DNA of 63,369 bases, the filler included, from Reclinomonas americana ATCC 50394 (Eukaryota), in assembly GCA_048213135.1 (NCBI GenBank). It is 14 parts of 14 records of this genome, joined end to end, with 100 filler letters (N's around TTAATTAATTAA, not from the genome) between each part and the next. Parts side by side here need not be neighbours in the genome. Positions count along the whole stretch, not along the records: positions 39,348 to 41,099 come from AFZH01019460.1; positions 41,200 to 44,587 come from AFZH01019461.1; positions 44,688 to 59,418 come from AFZH01019462.1; 11 more parts are not named here. One strand, 5' to 3'. The position numbers and the translations under genes are program-made. Below are positions 40,218 through 51,900 of this stretch, piece after piece; the first letter of the stretch is position 1, and every line of letters begins with the position of its first letter. The notes beneath the pieces were generated by a model that was not told where the DNA came from, did not search any database, and was given only the letters and a program-made list of their open reading frames with translations.

Positions 40218-43043
40218 ATGCGCACTGGCGCCGACGACGAGTCGTTCCCCTCTGCCTCCACATCGCCATCATCATTCGAGGTCAGCGATCGCGCACTGAT
40301 CGCTCTGCTGCTGGTCATCGGTCTCGGCATCGCTGCGCTGTCGTTGTTTGCGGTGCAGGCGCTCGGATCGCCAATGGAGGAGCAGCAGCGGCTGTTGTGG
40401 AGACCGGCGCGAGTGGCAGAGGGGGATGAGTATCAGGTGATCGATCGGCATCCGGTGCGTTCTTCGATGCTTGCCGCACGATCGTTGTGAGTCTCATGTT
40501 CTACAGGTGCGCGATCGGAGACGGTCGAAGCGACGGGCCAGTCTTGATGTTGCGGGCATTTGACTGTGCGCTTGTCTGTGTGCTTGTTTGTTCATGTAGT
40601 GTGACAGATGGACGATGAGGCAGAGGCGGTGGACGAGAAGCCGGCGATGAAGCGCAGGAAGCCGCAGCGTCGCAAGCAGGCCGAGGAAGAAGGAGAGGAA
40701 GAAGTGTGGGAGCAGGGAGAGCCTGCTGCGGCGACGAGACGAGGTGGGAAACGTGCTCCAAGACGCAAGTCAGCACCGCCGCCAGCAGCGTCGGTGGAGA
40801 AGGAGGTGTGGGAGCAGGAGGAACGAGTGGCGGCGGCAGAGGAGCTGCAGGAGGAGACAGCTGGTGCAGACGAGATTGTTGGTCTGCGAGGTCCGCGACC
40901 ACCGTCGCCGCCTCCACCGCCTCCACCACCTCCAGCGTTGTTGCGGCCGAGTACCTTGTCGTCACGTGCTCACATATTCTACTACGCCTGGTATGGCAAT
41001 GTTGCGTGTCGTTGCCGGTCTCATGCCTTGCCAGTTGCTTCAGCACTTTTTGGTTGTATTCACCGGCCTCTCTGCCTGTACAGCCGGAGAATGACGGGCN
41101 NNNNNNNNNNNNNNNNNNNNNNNNNNNNNNNNNNNNNNNNNNNTTAATTAATTAANNNNNNNNNNNNNNNNNNNNNNNNNNNNNNNNNNNNNNNNNNNNA
41201 GTGGATTCACTGGAACCACGAAGTGTTGGATGGCAGCAGTGCGTTGCCACTCCATTTTTCCGCTTCACCTCGAGTCTCATTTCTTTTCCCCCCGTCACAG
41301 AACACCGCCACAATCCGGAGCAAGGGCAGATCGGCTCCGACTATTACCCGCGCCGTGGCCTGTACTCGAGCGCCGATCCGATTGTTATGCGTGATCAGAT
41401 GCGGGAGATCGCCAACATGGGAGTCGGCGTCTTGTGCGTTGCATTCCCCGCTCACCGCATTCCATTTACTCCTTCTGTCTGGATCGCTCTGCCACCTTCT
41501 TCACACCCTTGTCTCCATTCTTCCTTCTTTATTCCCTCACGACCTCCTCCCCCTGTGACGATGCAGGGTGTATTCGTGGTGGGGTCGTGGTACCGCCGAC
41601 CAGCAGGGCGTTGACGGGCGCGACGACCGACTTCTGGCCACGTTGATGGATTTCGCTGCCGAGGTTGGACTCGGCGTTGTGTTTCACATTGAGCCGTTGC
41701 GTGCATTCCCTCCATCATCTGCGCCACCGTGCAAGCGCCAATCACATCATGCAGGTATTCTGGCCGCAACGCGCTCTCCTTCCGCGAGGACATGAAATAC
41801 ATTTTGGAGAAATAGTTGCGGCACACATGATGCTCTGGATTCTCACCACGCTGTCTCACTCGCCACGCACGACGCAGTGGGTCACACCGAGCATTTTACC
41901 GCCATCAAGGTCGACCGCTGGTGTATTTGTACGATAGTTGCGATTGGGTGTCATGCTTCTTCCCTTGGTGACACACGTGACTGATATTTACTATCACAGG
42001 TTATCTCACCGAGGCATTTTTGTGGTTTGTGCATGCCCTCGTTTCTTGCATCTGCATGCGTCTGTGGTGGTGACCTGCTTCGCAACTCTATGCGCAGGGC
42101 CGAAGTACTCAAACCAAGTGGATCGCACACCATTCGTGGCACACCACTCGACGCCTTTGTCGTCGGCCTGTACGTCAACATGGGCGACGAGAATTCACTT
42201 GCACAAGGTGCCTCGACATACATCCTTTGTCATATCAGGCGAGCGAGTTCCTCACCCGCTCTTCCAATTACAGGTGGTTTCGATGCGGCCTACACGTACT
42301 TTGCGGCCGATCGCTTCTCCGGCGGCAGCACCGTGTCGTCGTGGTCATTCATCGGTGCGAGTGAGATCACACTGCATGCGCACACCTTCTCTCTAACCTT
42401 GGATCTCCCTGCAGGGAGTTCACTGCGACGAAACGGCCTGCAGTTCATCCCGTGCGTGGGTCCCGGCTACATCGACACTCGCATTCGACCATGGAACGGC
42501 GCCACCACGCGCAGTCGAGACCGCGGCGAGTACTACGACCGCATGTGGCAGGCTGCAGTCGACAAGTTGCGTGTCGCCCACTCAGCAGGCAAGCTCCTTG
42601 ACTAAAAAATTCCGGTGCTGCACAGTGAGGCCGAGTTTGTCGGCATCACCTCGTACAATGAGGTGCGCGCGCACTCGTTGCTTCCCCTGCTTCACCGTGC
42701 TCATTCTCTCGCATGCAGTGGCACGAGGGCACGCAACTGGAGCCGGCCGTTCGTTTCGCCGACGTATCTGGTTCGTCTCTCCCTCCTTCCTGCCTTCCTC
42801 CCAGCGCATTCACGCTCACAATGACGCAGATGGCTGGCTCTCATCGCTCCTCGGCACCTCCGGCGACAGCCTGTTGAAGGCACTGAGCGAGGAGCAGCGC
42901 GAGCTGCTGCTAAAGGCCAAGAAGAGCGGCGTCAACTACTTTAGCTACGAGCCGCGCGACCCCGAATTCTACCTGCGGCGCACTCAGCATTGGGTGCGGC
43001 GCCTCGAGGGCGGCCCACCTCCACCCTCACTAGTCGACACATG
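40218..43043 (+). CDS. MANEA: GH99 glycoprotein endo-alpha-1,2-mannosidase (type II membrane protein)
   Basis: N-terminal TM; HIFYYAWYGN; WIHWNH; IGSDYYPRRGLYSSADP; FHIEPY; YLYDSY; GFDAAYTYFA; PCVGPGYIDTRIRPWN; ITSYNE|WHEGTQLEP; PEFYL. Confidence 0.92.
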
Positions 43044-43344
43044 AATGGAGGGAGGCAGCAGCAATAAAGCACAGAAAACGAAGCATGGTGACAAACAACT
43101 GCAAACGAGTTTCACTGAATGCGGGAAGACATGACCCAGAATCGCGACAATGTAGTGAGTACGCCACGCATCGGACGTACACAAGGCAAGGAGAAAGAGG
43201 AGGAGGAGTAGGAGAGGGACAGAGCAGAACAAATCACTGGTGGATGGTTGTACATCTGTGTGTGGGAGGAGAGAAAGGATTGTATCTAGAGAGAGAAGGG
43301 GGAAAAAAAACTCATATCCGTCGGTAAGTTGTGGACCGCACACC

Positions 43345-43913
43345 TCACTTACCACGGGTACGCTGAGCAAAGTACTCCGTGGTCGTCAAGGCGGGGCTAC
43401 CCGGCGGGTGGAACGGTTGAAAGGGAGCAGTGGATGCTGGCGGCTGCATTTGCATTTGCTGCTGCTGTTGCTGATGCTGCGCGTGCGGCTGCGAGTGCTG
43501 CTGCGCGGTGGGACGACGGTGCAGGTGCTGCTGCAGAGGCGAGTGGAACATCGCGGGGAATCCCTGCTTGGTGGGCGGCGCGTAGAAGAGACCAGACGGG
43601 CCAGTGGAGGCGCCGGTGGCACGGAACGCCGTCGGCGTGTCCTTCTCCGACAGCAAGTCGGCCACCATGTCCATCAGTGGATCGTCATCGTCGCTACCTG
43701 TCTCGCTCAAGCACGAGCTGACAGTGCTGCGATCCGAGGTGCCGACATCGCTGCCGCGCGGCACCAGCAGCTCCAGATCGTCGAGGATCGAGAAGGGGCT
43801 GCGATCGAAATCGCGACCGGTGCGCGCACCGAACTGCTTCTGTGGACCCGGCAGCGCCAGCAGGTGAGACGACGTGTCGAACGCGTTGAGGTGCTGGCCA
43901 GACGCAGTGGAGT

Positions 43914-43946
<33 letters not shown>

Positions 43947-44331
43947 TTGACGAGTACAGCTGGTGACCGGCAAACGGATTGTCGGAGGCGGAGCCACCAA
44001 ACGACGACGGCGACACGGCCTTGTCGCCAAACGGATTCGGTGACATGTGGTACGAGCGGTACTGGTCGTTGACTTCGAAGCTGCTCGACGAGCCCGCATC
44101 GTCGTCGTGGTGGGGGTTGTGGTGAATTCCCGACGTGCCAATGCCGTGGCTGCCGGGGCTGCCGCGATCGGCCGCCACCATGATACCCGACGGACCAATC
44201 GAGGAGCCGTAGTGGTACATTGGGTGCGGCGACGACGATGAGGTCGGCGGCGGAGGCGGCGACAGGTGGAACACCGGCGATGGGGTGGAGAAGGCGCGCT
44301 GGAACTGATCGGCGTGCTTGCCCCATACCAG
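43345..44331 (-). CDS. Gln/Ser/His-rich low-complexity exon of an unidentified (possibly regulatory) protein
   Basis: About 1-kb open GC-rich exon after a GTGCAG acceptor, with poly-Q tracts. The upstream part is in the gap. Confidence 0.5.
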
Positions 44332-44407
44332 CTGCACACGGAGGGGGGAAGGAGGAAGTGGTGAGTGATTGAAGGGGAAGGAGGGAGGAGAAGGATGGAA
44401 GTAGAAA

Positions 44408-44587
44408 GGAGGCAGAATGAGAAACAGAGGCAGAATGAGAAGCCGAGGCAGAATGAGAAGCCGAGGCAGAATGAGAAGCCGAGGCAGAATGAGAAGCCGA
44501 GGCAGAATGAGAAGCCGAGGCAGAATGAGAAGCCGAGGCAGAATGAGAAGCCGAGGCAGAATGAGAAGCCGAGGCAGAATGAGAAGC
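44408..44587. repeat. Near-perfect 18-nt tandem repeat (GAGGCAGAATGAGAAGCC, ~10 copies, runs into the gap)
   Basis: Directly visible in the sequence. Confidence 0.95.
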
Positions 44588-44806
44588 NNNNNNNNNNNNN
44601 NNNNNNNNNNNNNNNNNNNNNNNNNNNNNNNTTAATTAATTAANNNNNNNNNNNNNNNNNNNNNNNNNNNNNNNNNNNNNNNNNNNNTTTCCCCTCCGTC
44701 TCCCCTCCCTACCTAACCTACCGTCGTCCGTCGTAGACGACTTACTACGTAGACGACGTTACCGTACCACGTTAGTTCTACTCGTGTGTCGTCCTCTCTC
44801 CTCCTC

Positions 44807-44850
<44 letters not shown>

Positions 44851-45313
44851 AATCAGTCGACTTCAAAAGAGCAACCTGTGCCTCTTTCTCTTGGCACTCT
44901 CACTGACATCAATCAAAACTGCGTGTCACCGTTGTCTGCATCTCTTCTCTTCTCTCTGTCACTCTTTGCATCCATGTCAACTCAATTCTCATAACTCTTC
45001 ATACCGTTTCTTACAGCCAGCCTCTCCCGTCACCACACATTTATCCCTTCCCCTTCTCATCTCTTCCCCTCTCCCTCGCTTCCCCTCTCATCCCTTCCCC
45101 TTTCTTCCCCTTAACCCCCTTCTCCTCACCTCCCCCTTCCTTCCCCTCTCCCCCTTCCCTCTCATCCTCCCCTTTATCCCTTCCCCCCCTTCCCTCACCC
45201 CTTCCCTCTCATCCCTTCCCCTCTCCCTCCCTTCCCCTCTCATCCCTTCCCCTTTCCATTCGCCCTCTCCCTCCCTTTGCCCTCACCCTCCCTTCCCCTT
45301 CCCCTCCCGGCAG

Positions 45314-45644
45314 CTACGAAGGCGACTTCACCGCGGACCAAATGCACGGCCAAGGCACCCTTCGCTTCCCCTCCGGCGCCGAATACCGCGGCGACTTTGT
45401 GCACAACAAATTCCACGGCCAGGGCACCTACCGATGGCCCGACGGCTCGCGATACGACGGTGCGTGGCGCGATAGCGTAATGGACGGCCCGGGCGTGTTT
45501 GTCGACAAGGATGGCAAGGAATGGTGAGTGCTTGTATTCTCTCTCTTCACTCTCCTCTTATCACTCACTCCTCCCTTCCCTTCGATTAGGCACGGCGACT
45601 TCCACAACTCAATCGGCCCACATCTGTACACGCTGTGCCAATGA
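45314..45644 (+). CDS. Small MORN-repeat protein (3' exons)
   Basis: YEGDFTADQMHGQGTLRFPSGAEYRGDFVHNKFHGQGTYRWPDGSRYDGAWRDSVMDGPG. Confidence 0.85.
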
Positions 45645-45907
45645 GCCCTTCTGTGTCTTTCCCCCTTATGCGGTGATGTAAAAAGACGACCATGTTGATG
45701 TACCAACGCCTGTCACCATCCATGTGAAACCGCCACCACCTCTCCTTCCTCTCGCTCACACCATACTTCCCCCATCTCCATATTTGGAAGGTGCAGTTGA
45801 GCGTGGTGGACTGTAGCCGGAATTCAGCGGAATAATAATCCGTTCGCCTTTTTTGTTCTCTTCCGGTGCGCTCGCACACACACGCACGCACATAGTGAGA
45901 GAGAGAG

Positions 45908-48900
45908 ATGGACTACCGTGATCTGGCGACCGAGTGGCGATCCGCCCGCCTGGATGTCAAGGGCGGCTGTACATTCTTCGTGATGAGTCCCTCACGAATG
46001 TTGCCGTTTCCGCATGCCTCGCGAGGATCAAGCGCACAACTGTCGACCGCCGCCGCCACCACCACCACCATGGCCGACCAGCTCACCCGTCTCACGCGGC
46101 AACTCCTCCACATGGACAGCGGTGCGTGATGCTCCTCATCGCTTCCTGTTTCTGAAGGAGATGACCCTCACCCTCACTTTTTCTCTCTGGTGGCAGTGTC
46201 GGGCGGCTGCCCTCCCGGCCAATCCTCGGTCTTCATTCTGGGCGAGAGCGGCAGCGGCAAGAGCACCGCTCGTCGCAACCTGCTCTCCTCGATCCTCCAC
46301 GCCTGTGGTGTGTTCGATGTTCGACTTGTTGTTTCTCTTGGTGTGGAAATGACGGACTCACACCTCCCCTGCGCTGCGCAGAGCCCGAAGAGGCAAGCAA
46401 GATCGACGAGGTGTTGGATCACTGTCTGCCCGTGCTGGAGGAGTTTATCGACGCCCCGGCGCCAGTCACCAACGACAGGTCCACGCGCGCGGTGAGAGCA
46501 ACGAGCTGTCTTGTTGGTAGTGAGGTCGTGATGTTCACAAAGTCGTCCTCGCAGGCCGTCAGCATTGCGCTGCGGTTCACCAGTGATCGCAAGATTGCCG
46601 GCTGTCATGTGAGCTTGCCGTTGTTGGAAAAGGTGAGAAAATGGGAAGGGAAGGGGGAAATGTTAGAGAAGGGAATGTGGAGAGAAAGAAGGAGAGGGAA
46701 GGCAAGGGATAAGGGAGAGAGAAGGAAAGACAAGACGAAGCGAGGGAAAGAGGAAAAAGAAATGGGAAAAGGGAGGAGAGTGAACAGTGAGTGAAGCAAA
46801 GGGATAGAAGAAAGGCGAATGGGGAAAGAGACAGAAGCGAGAAAAGGAAGCGAAGGAAAGAGACAAGGGAAAAGAGACAGGAGAGAGAAGGAACGACACG
46901 GAAGAAGTAACGAAATGGTACAGCGAGAAGCGAAGGAATGACGAAGAAGGAAGGAAAGGTTGAAGGCAACTAAAGAAGAGTGAACGAAGAGAGAGTGGAT
47001 AAACGAAGAAATGAAGGAGAGGGCAGGGAGAAAAGATGACGAAAAGCACAAGGAAAGCAAAAGTGAAGGGAGAGAGAAGAGCGGAAAAAGTCAAGAGAAG
47101 GGAAGCGAAAAATGCAGAGGGAGCACAAAGCGCGTGCGAACTACTTCTCCTTTGCCACATCCCCTTCTCGATCAAGCTGGGGATCGAGAACGAGAGAGCT
47201 TGTCTCATCACTCTCAGGTGCACGCCGCATGATATCCTTGCTTTCATGCCTTCCTACCTCCTGCGTTTCAGTTGTGGCTCATTGCGATCGCTTTTCTTCT
47301 GCTCTCTCCCATCTTCACTTCCACATTGCTTCCCTTTGCCTTCCCACCTGAACTTCCCCTTCACTTGTCTTCCGCTTTTCCCCTATCCTTTCCCCTCTTG
47401 CTCTCTCCTCTTTGCTTCCCGTTCTCCTTTCCCTTCATTTTCCATTCGCTTTTCCCTTCCGCTTTTCCCCCTATCCTTTCCCCTCTTGCTCTCTCCTCTT
47501 CGCTTCCCGTTTTCTCTCCTCTTCGCTTCCACCCTTCACTTTCCATTCGCTTGTCCTATCTCTTTCCCCTCGCTCCACCCTGTCCCTCTTCCCCCTCTCA
47601 CCCCCTTTCCCTTCCTGCCTTTCCCTTTTCGCAGAACCGACTTGTCCCCTCGACCCCCACCACCTTCTTCGTCTTCCACTGCCTCACCGGCAGCGTGGCC
47701 TCGCGCAACAAACTCCTCCAAGGCCGCCAGAATTTCCGCCTGCTGGGCGACAGCGACTCCCTGCTCTCCGAATCCGAATGCGCCAGCTTCCTCTCCGACC
47801 TCGAGCACGTAATGTGTGACGTGCTCGGTGCCTCGGTGTCCTCCCACGAGGCCGTGCTGGCACAACTGGCCGCCATTCTGTGGCTCACCGAGGCCACGTT
47901 TGATAATGATGGTTTGTCTACCTCCCGACCTTCACCCTTCCTCCTTTCCACTCACCCCCGCCGCTCTTCAGCGTCGAGTGGCACCGGCCACTGCCGCAAT
48001 CCACCGGTGCTCGCACGCGCCGCCGCCCTCTTGCGCATCAGCAACGAGCAGCTGGAGGATCTGTTGTGCCACTCGGTGCTGGCGCCCGGCACACGCACCG
48101 CCCTCCGGCGCAATCTCGACAAGGAGCAGGCCGCCCTGCGTCGCGACGTGTTGTGCAAGACGCTGTATCAGGGCGTGGTGGACTACCTGCTCCTGCTCAC
48201 CAACACGGCGCTGGCCGAGGCGTGCGCCTTCAACCAGGTGGATTTCGACCGGCCGAGTCGCGTCGTGTCGCTGGTCGACATGCCGGCCTGCTCCACCAAA
48301 CCCACTGGGGCCGACGACCTGTACGATTTGCTGAACAATGTGATGCACGAGGAGATACTGCGCCTGTGTCGCGACGACATTCTCTCCAGCGGCGGCTCCT
48401 CCTCTGCGGTGCTCCAGCAGCTGCCGGCACACGCCACTGACTTTGCCGCGCTCTTCTCGGTGGCCTCGCGCTCCGCCGCACAGCACCTGCTGTCGCCGCG
48501 GTCGCTGGCGGCGCACGCGGCGGCGCCAAGCTTCTTTGAGTTGCTCGACGATCAGTACCGCAAGAGCATGGTGTCGGCGGGTGACAGCGCCGAGTCGCCC
48601 ACCGTGTCCTCCACACTGGTGTCGACACTGCGCGATCGTGTGGTGCCGAACCCGTGCCTGCATTTCGGCGTGCAGCCCGACATGGTGACGGTGGCGTTTC
48701 CACTCAGTGGACTCCGCGTGTCGTACGAGGCGTCGCGTCTGCTGAGCGGCAATTACGTCGCGGTGCCGAATGATTTGGCCACCCTCATGAGGTGCGTTCT
48801 TGGAGGCGAAGAAGGAGGTGGATTGCGTCACTCACTGATTCTACCCCATAGTGAGAGTGGCCTGGCGGCTGTGCGTGAATCATTCAAGCAGCGCAGTCAG

Positions 48901-51900
48901 CTGTCGTCGCTGCATGATGCACAGATTGTGCGCGACAACACACTCGGTCGCACCGTGTCGTCGTTGTATTTGGTTCGTGATGTGCAGTTGCCGTCCTCGC
49001 GTTGCAATTAGTCTCACCTCTTGGAAACAGGAGGAACTTGGACACTTGCTGGAGGCGTGGGAAACGTCGGACGATCGCATCACCGTGCGCTGTGTGCGCC
49101 TCTTCGATCCGGTGAGCCGTTCACGTTGGAGAAAGTGCCACCTTCAATTCGCTTGCTTGCTCACTTTTTTACTGGCAGTCCAAGCGCTCGTTCGATGTGG
49201 CCGCTGTCGAGCGACAATTGCGTGTCCACGCGTCCATGTTGTGGGAGCGAGTGTGCATGCGTAACGCCATGCCCGTTGACCAGTTTGTTGCGATGTTGCG
49301 TTCCTGTACTTGGAGCTACCTTTACTTCTCTCCTTCGCCCTTCACCTCCTCAACCCTTCTCAATCACGCTCCTCTCCAACACCCTTCCGTTTCACCATTC
49401 CCTCCTTCGCCGTTCCCCTCCTTCTCTCTTCCCTCCGCCGCCCTTCACCTCCTTCACCTTTCCCTTTTGACCCTTCTCTCCTTCACCTCCTCCACCCTTC
49501 TCTCAATCGCCCTCCCCTCCATCACCCTTCCCTTTTCACCCTTCCCTTTTCACCCTTCCCCTCCTTCACCATTCCCTCCATATCCCTTTCACCTCCTTCG
49601 CCGTTACCTTATCACTTCCCTCTTCCTTGCATCTCATCTTCTGACGAACGAATGGCAACACAGGTACTCGCGATTACTGCCCGCAGACATGCCCGGCTCA
49701 CCCACTGCCTCGGCTGTCGATCGGTGCCGGCAAATCATGAAAGTCGTTGGAGTTCCCGCCGATGCCTACTCCGTGTCGGCAACGCAAGTGCAGTGGTCCA
49801 GTGTGGCGGTGCGTACAACCGTCACACCACCCCAGCCTTCTAATCAAATCTCACCTCCTCTCTTCTATGCCCAAAGGCCTTCAAGCTGCGTGGTGGCGTG
49901 CACGGCGGTGGTGGACCGTCGGCAGACTCCAGTGCTTCTTCGCGATCTACTATTCCTCCGCCACGCTCGCCCGTTGCAGCACGGCTCGGCGTGGCCACTG
50001 CGTCTGCGGCTGCCCCGTACCACACCGACAGCGTGGCGTCGCTCTCGGCAGTGTCGCTGATTGATGCACCTTGTCTGCCACTGCCGCTGCCGACTGCCGC
50101 CGCCACGGGCTCTGTGGCTCGACGAGTGGCCGACTGGTCCGTGGACGTCGCAGCTGCTACCACTGCTGCGAAAGATGAAAAGAGTGGAGGCAACGACGTC
50201 GACGACGACGACGGCGATGGTGGCGAGTGGGGTGACATGGACGGCGACGGCACTCTGGTGGTGCATCGCGAGATCGAGTCGACTGGCCCCAACGTGGAGC
50301 TGACGACGGAGCAAGCGGGACCGGCGTGGAAGCGGCAGCAAGTGTTGGTGAGGAAATCAACACTGATTACCGTGTGTCTCTTGACTCTCTGCTCTCGGTC
50401 TCTGTCTCTGACTCTCTACTGTTGACCACCTGTCTGTGACCCTCAGCCCATGATCCTCTGCCTGCAGTCCTTATTTTTGCTCCCAACCCTTGTTCTTCAA
50501 CCCTTGTTCCTCAGCCCTCGTTCCTTAACTCCTCCCTTAACCCTCGTTCGTCAACTCGTTCCTCAACCCTCGTTCCTCAACCCTCGTTCCTTAATCCTCC
50601 TCCCTTAACCTTCGTTCCTCAACCCTCGTTCCTTAATCCTCCTCCCTTAACCCTCGTTTCTTAACCCTCAACCCGCAACCCTCGCCCCGCAACCCTCGTT
50701 CTTCAACTCTCAACCCTCATTCTTCAACCCTCAACCCTCCTCCCTCTACCCTTTTTCCTCGTTCCTCGATCCTTTCCCCTTCGTCACCATCTTCCCCTCA
50801 CTCTCCTTTCGCCTACGCGGCAGAACAACTTTGACCGGCTGATCCTCGCCGGCGCGGTGAATGCGGCCGCCGGTGCCGGCTCTGGCGTATCGGCCGATCG
50901 CACACACCTGGAGGTGGATCTGCTCGGCGGCAGCGACGTCATGGCACGCGATCGGTTGGACTCGGTGGGCTCGGTGCCGCGTCTGAATTCCCGAATGGGC
51001 CTGCTGGCGTTTGGCGACAGCCCTGCCGGTCACCAGAGTCACGCCGCCAGTGCGCACTCGCTGATGGGCGGCTCGCACGCGGTGGAATCCGCATCGCAGT
51101 GGGGGGAGGCGCACAACCGAGTGCACGCCCTGGCGGGTGTGACGGGCGAAGGGCAGCGATTTGCAGCCGTCAGTGTGGAGGTGCAGGCGGCGCTCGTGGA
51201 AGGCAGTGCGGCACTGATGCGAGCAGCGCTCTCGCAAAACTTTGCCGTGTTGAACATGCTGTCACGAGTGATGGAAAGCGTGCAGGAGAGTGTGCGTCAG
51301 GGAGACATGGTGTCGGCCGAGCAATTGGCACGACAGCGTCTGCGGCCGCTGGTGGCCAACTTTATGCAGAGTCAAGGTGCGCTCTCTCGAAGCTGTCGCT
51401 TTCTGGCGTTTCATCTATATCTTATCTTTTCCCCCATAGGGCAACCGAGACCACCAGTGACCGACGGGTTGCAGTCGCCACGGATGACGGAGATGGCAGG
51501 AGGAGGAGGAGCGCAGCGAGTTTCGTTTCTGTTCGCAACTCCTTGCATTCTTCCGTCAAGTCGCTGACAGTCACGCAGGGTGGCGTTCCGTCGCCATGGT
51601 CACACGTTTCCGCTCCACACACCACCACGCCCGGCAAGCCTGTGGGTAGCGCAGCAGCTGGGGACACAAGTCGGTGGAATCTGCGCCCACCCAGTGGCGG
51701 CTCGTACGTGCAACAGAACCGCCTGTACGAGATGATGGACGAGATCGCAGCGTGTGCCGACAGTTGAGCGAATGAGTGAGCTTTTAAGTGAGACTCCTTG
51801 TGCAAATTCACTCACCTCCGTTGTCGCGCAGCCGACCACCGCTTCCCCTACAAGGGCGAAGAGCAAGTCTCCGAATTTCTGGCGCTGGCGCGTGATCGCA

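Noticed and set aside
44365..44643. RQNEKP-repeat ORF
   Set aside because: Translation of an 18-nt tandem repeat on the strand opposite an intron; no other sign of coding.
50490..50742. Telomere-like TAACCC motifs
   Set aside because: They are embedded in a 14-nt intronic minisatellite, not a tandem telomeric hexamer or heptamer array.
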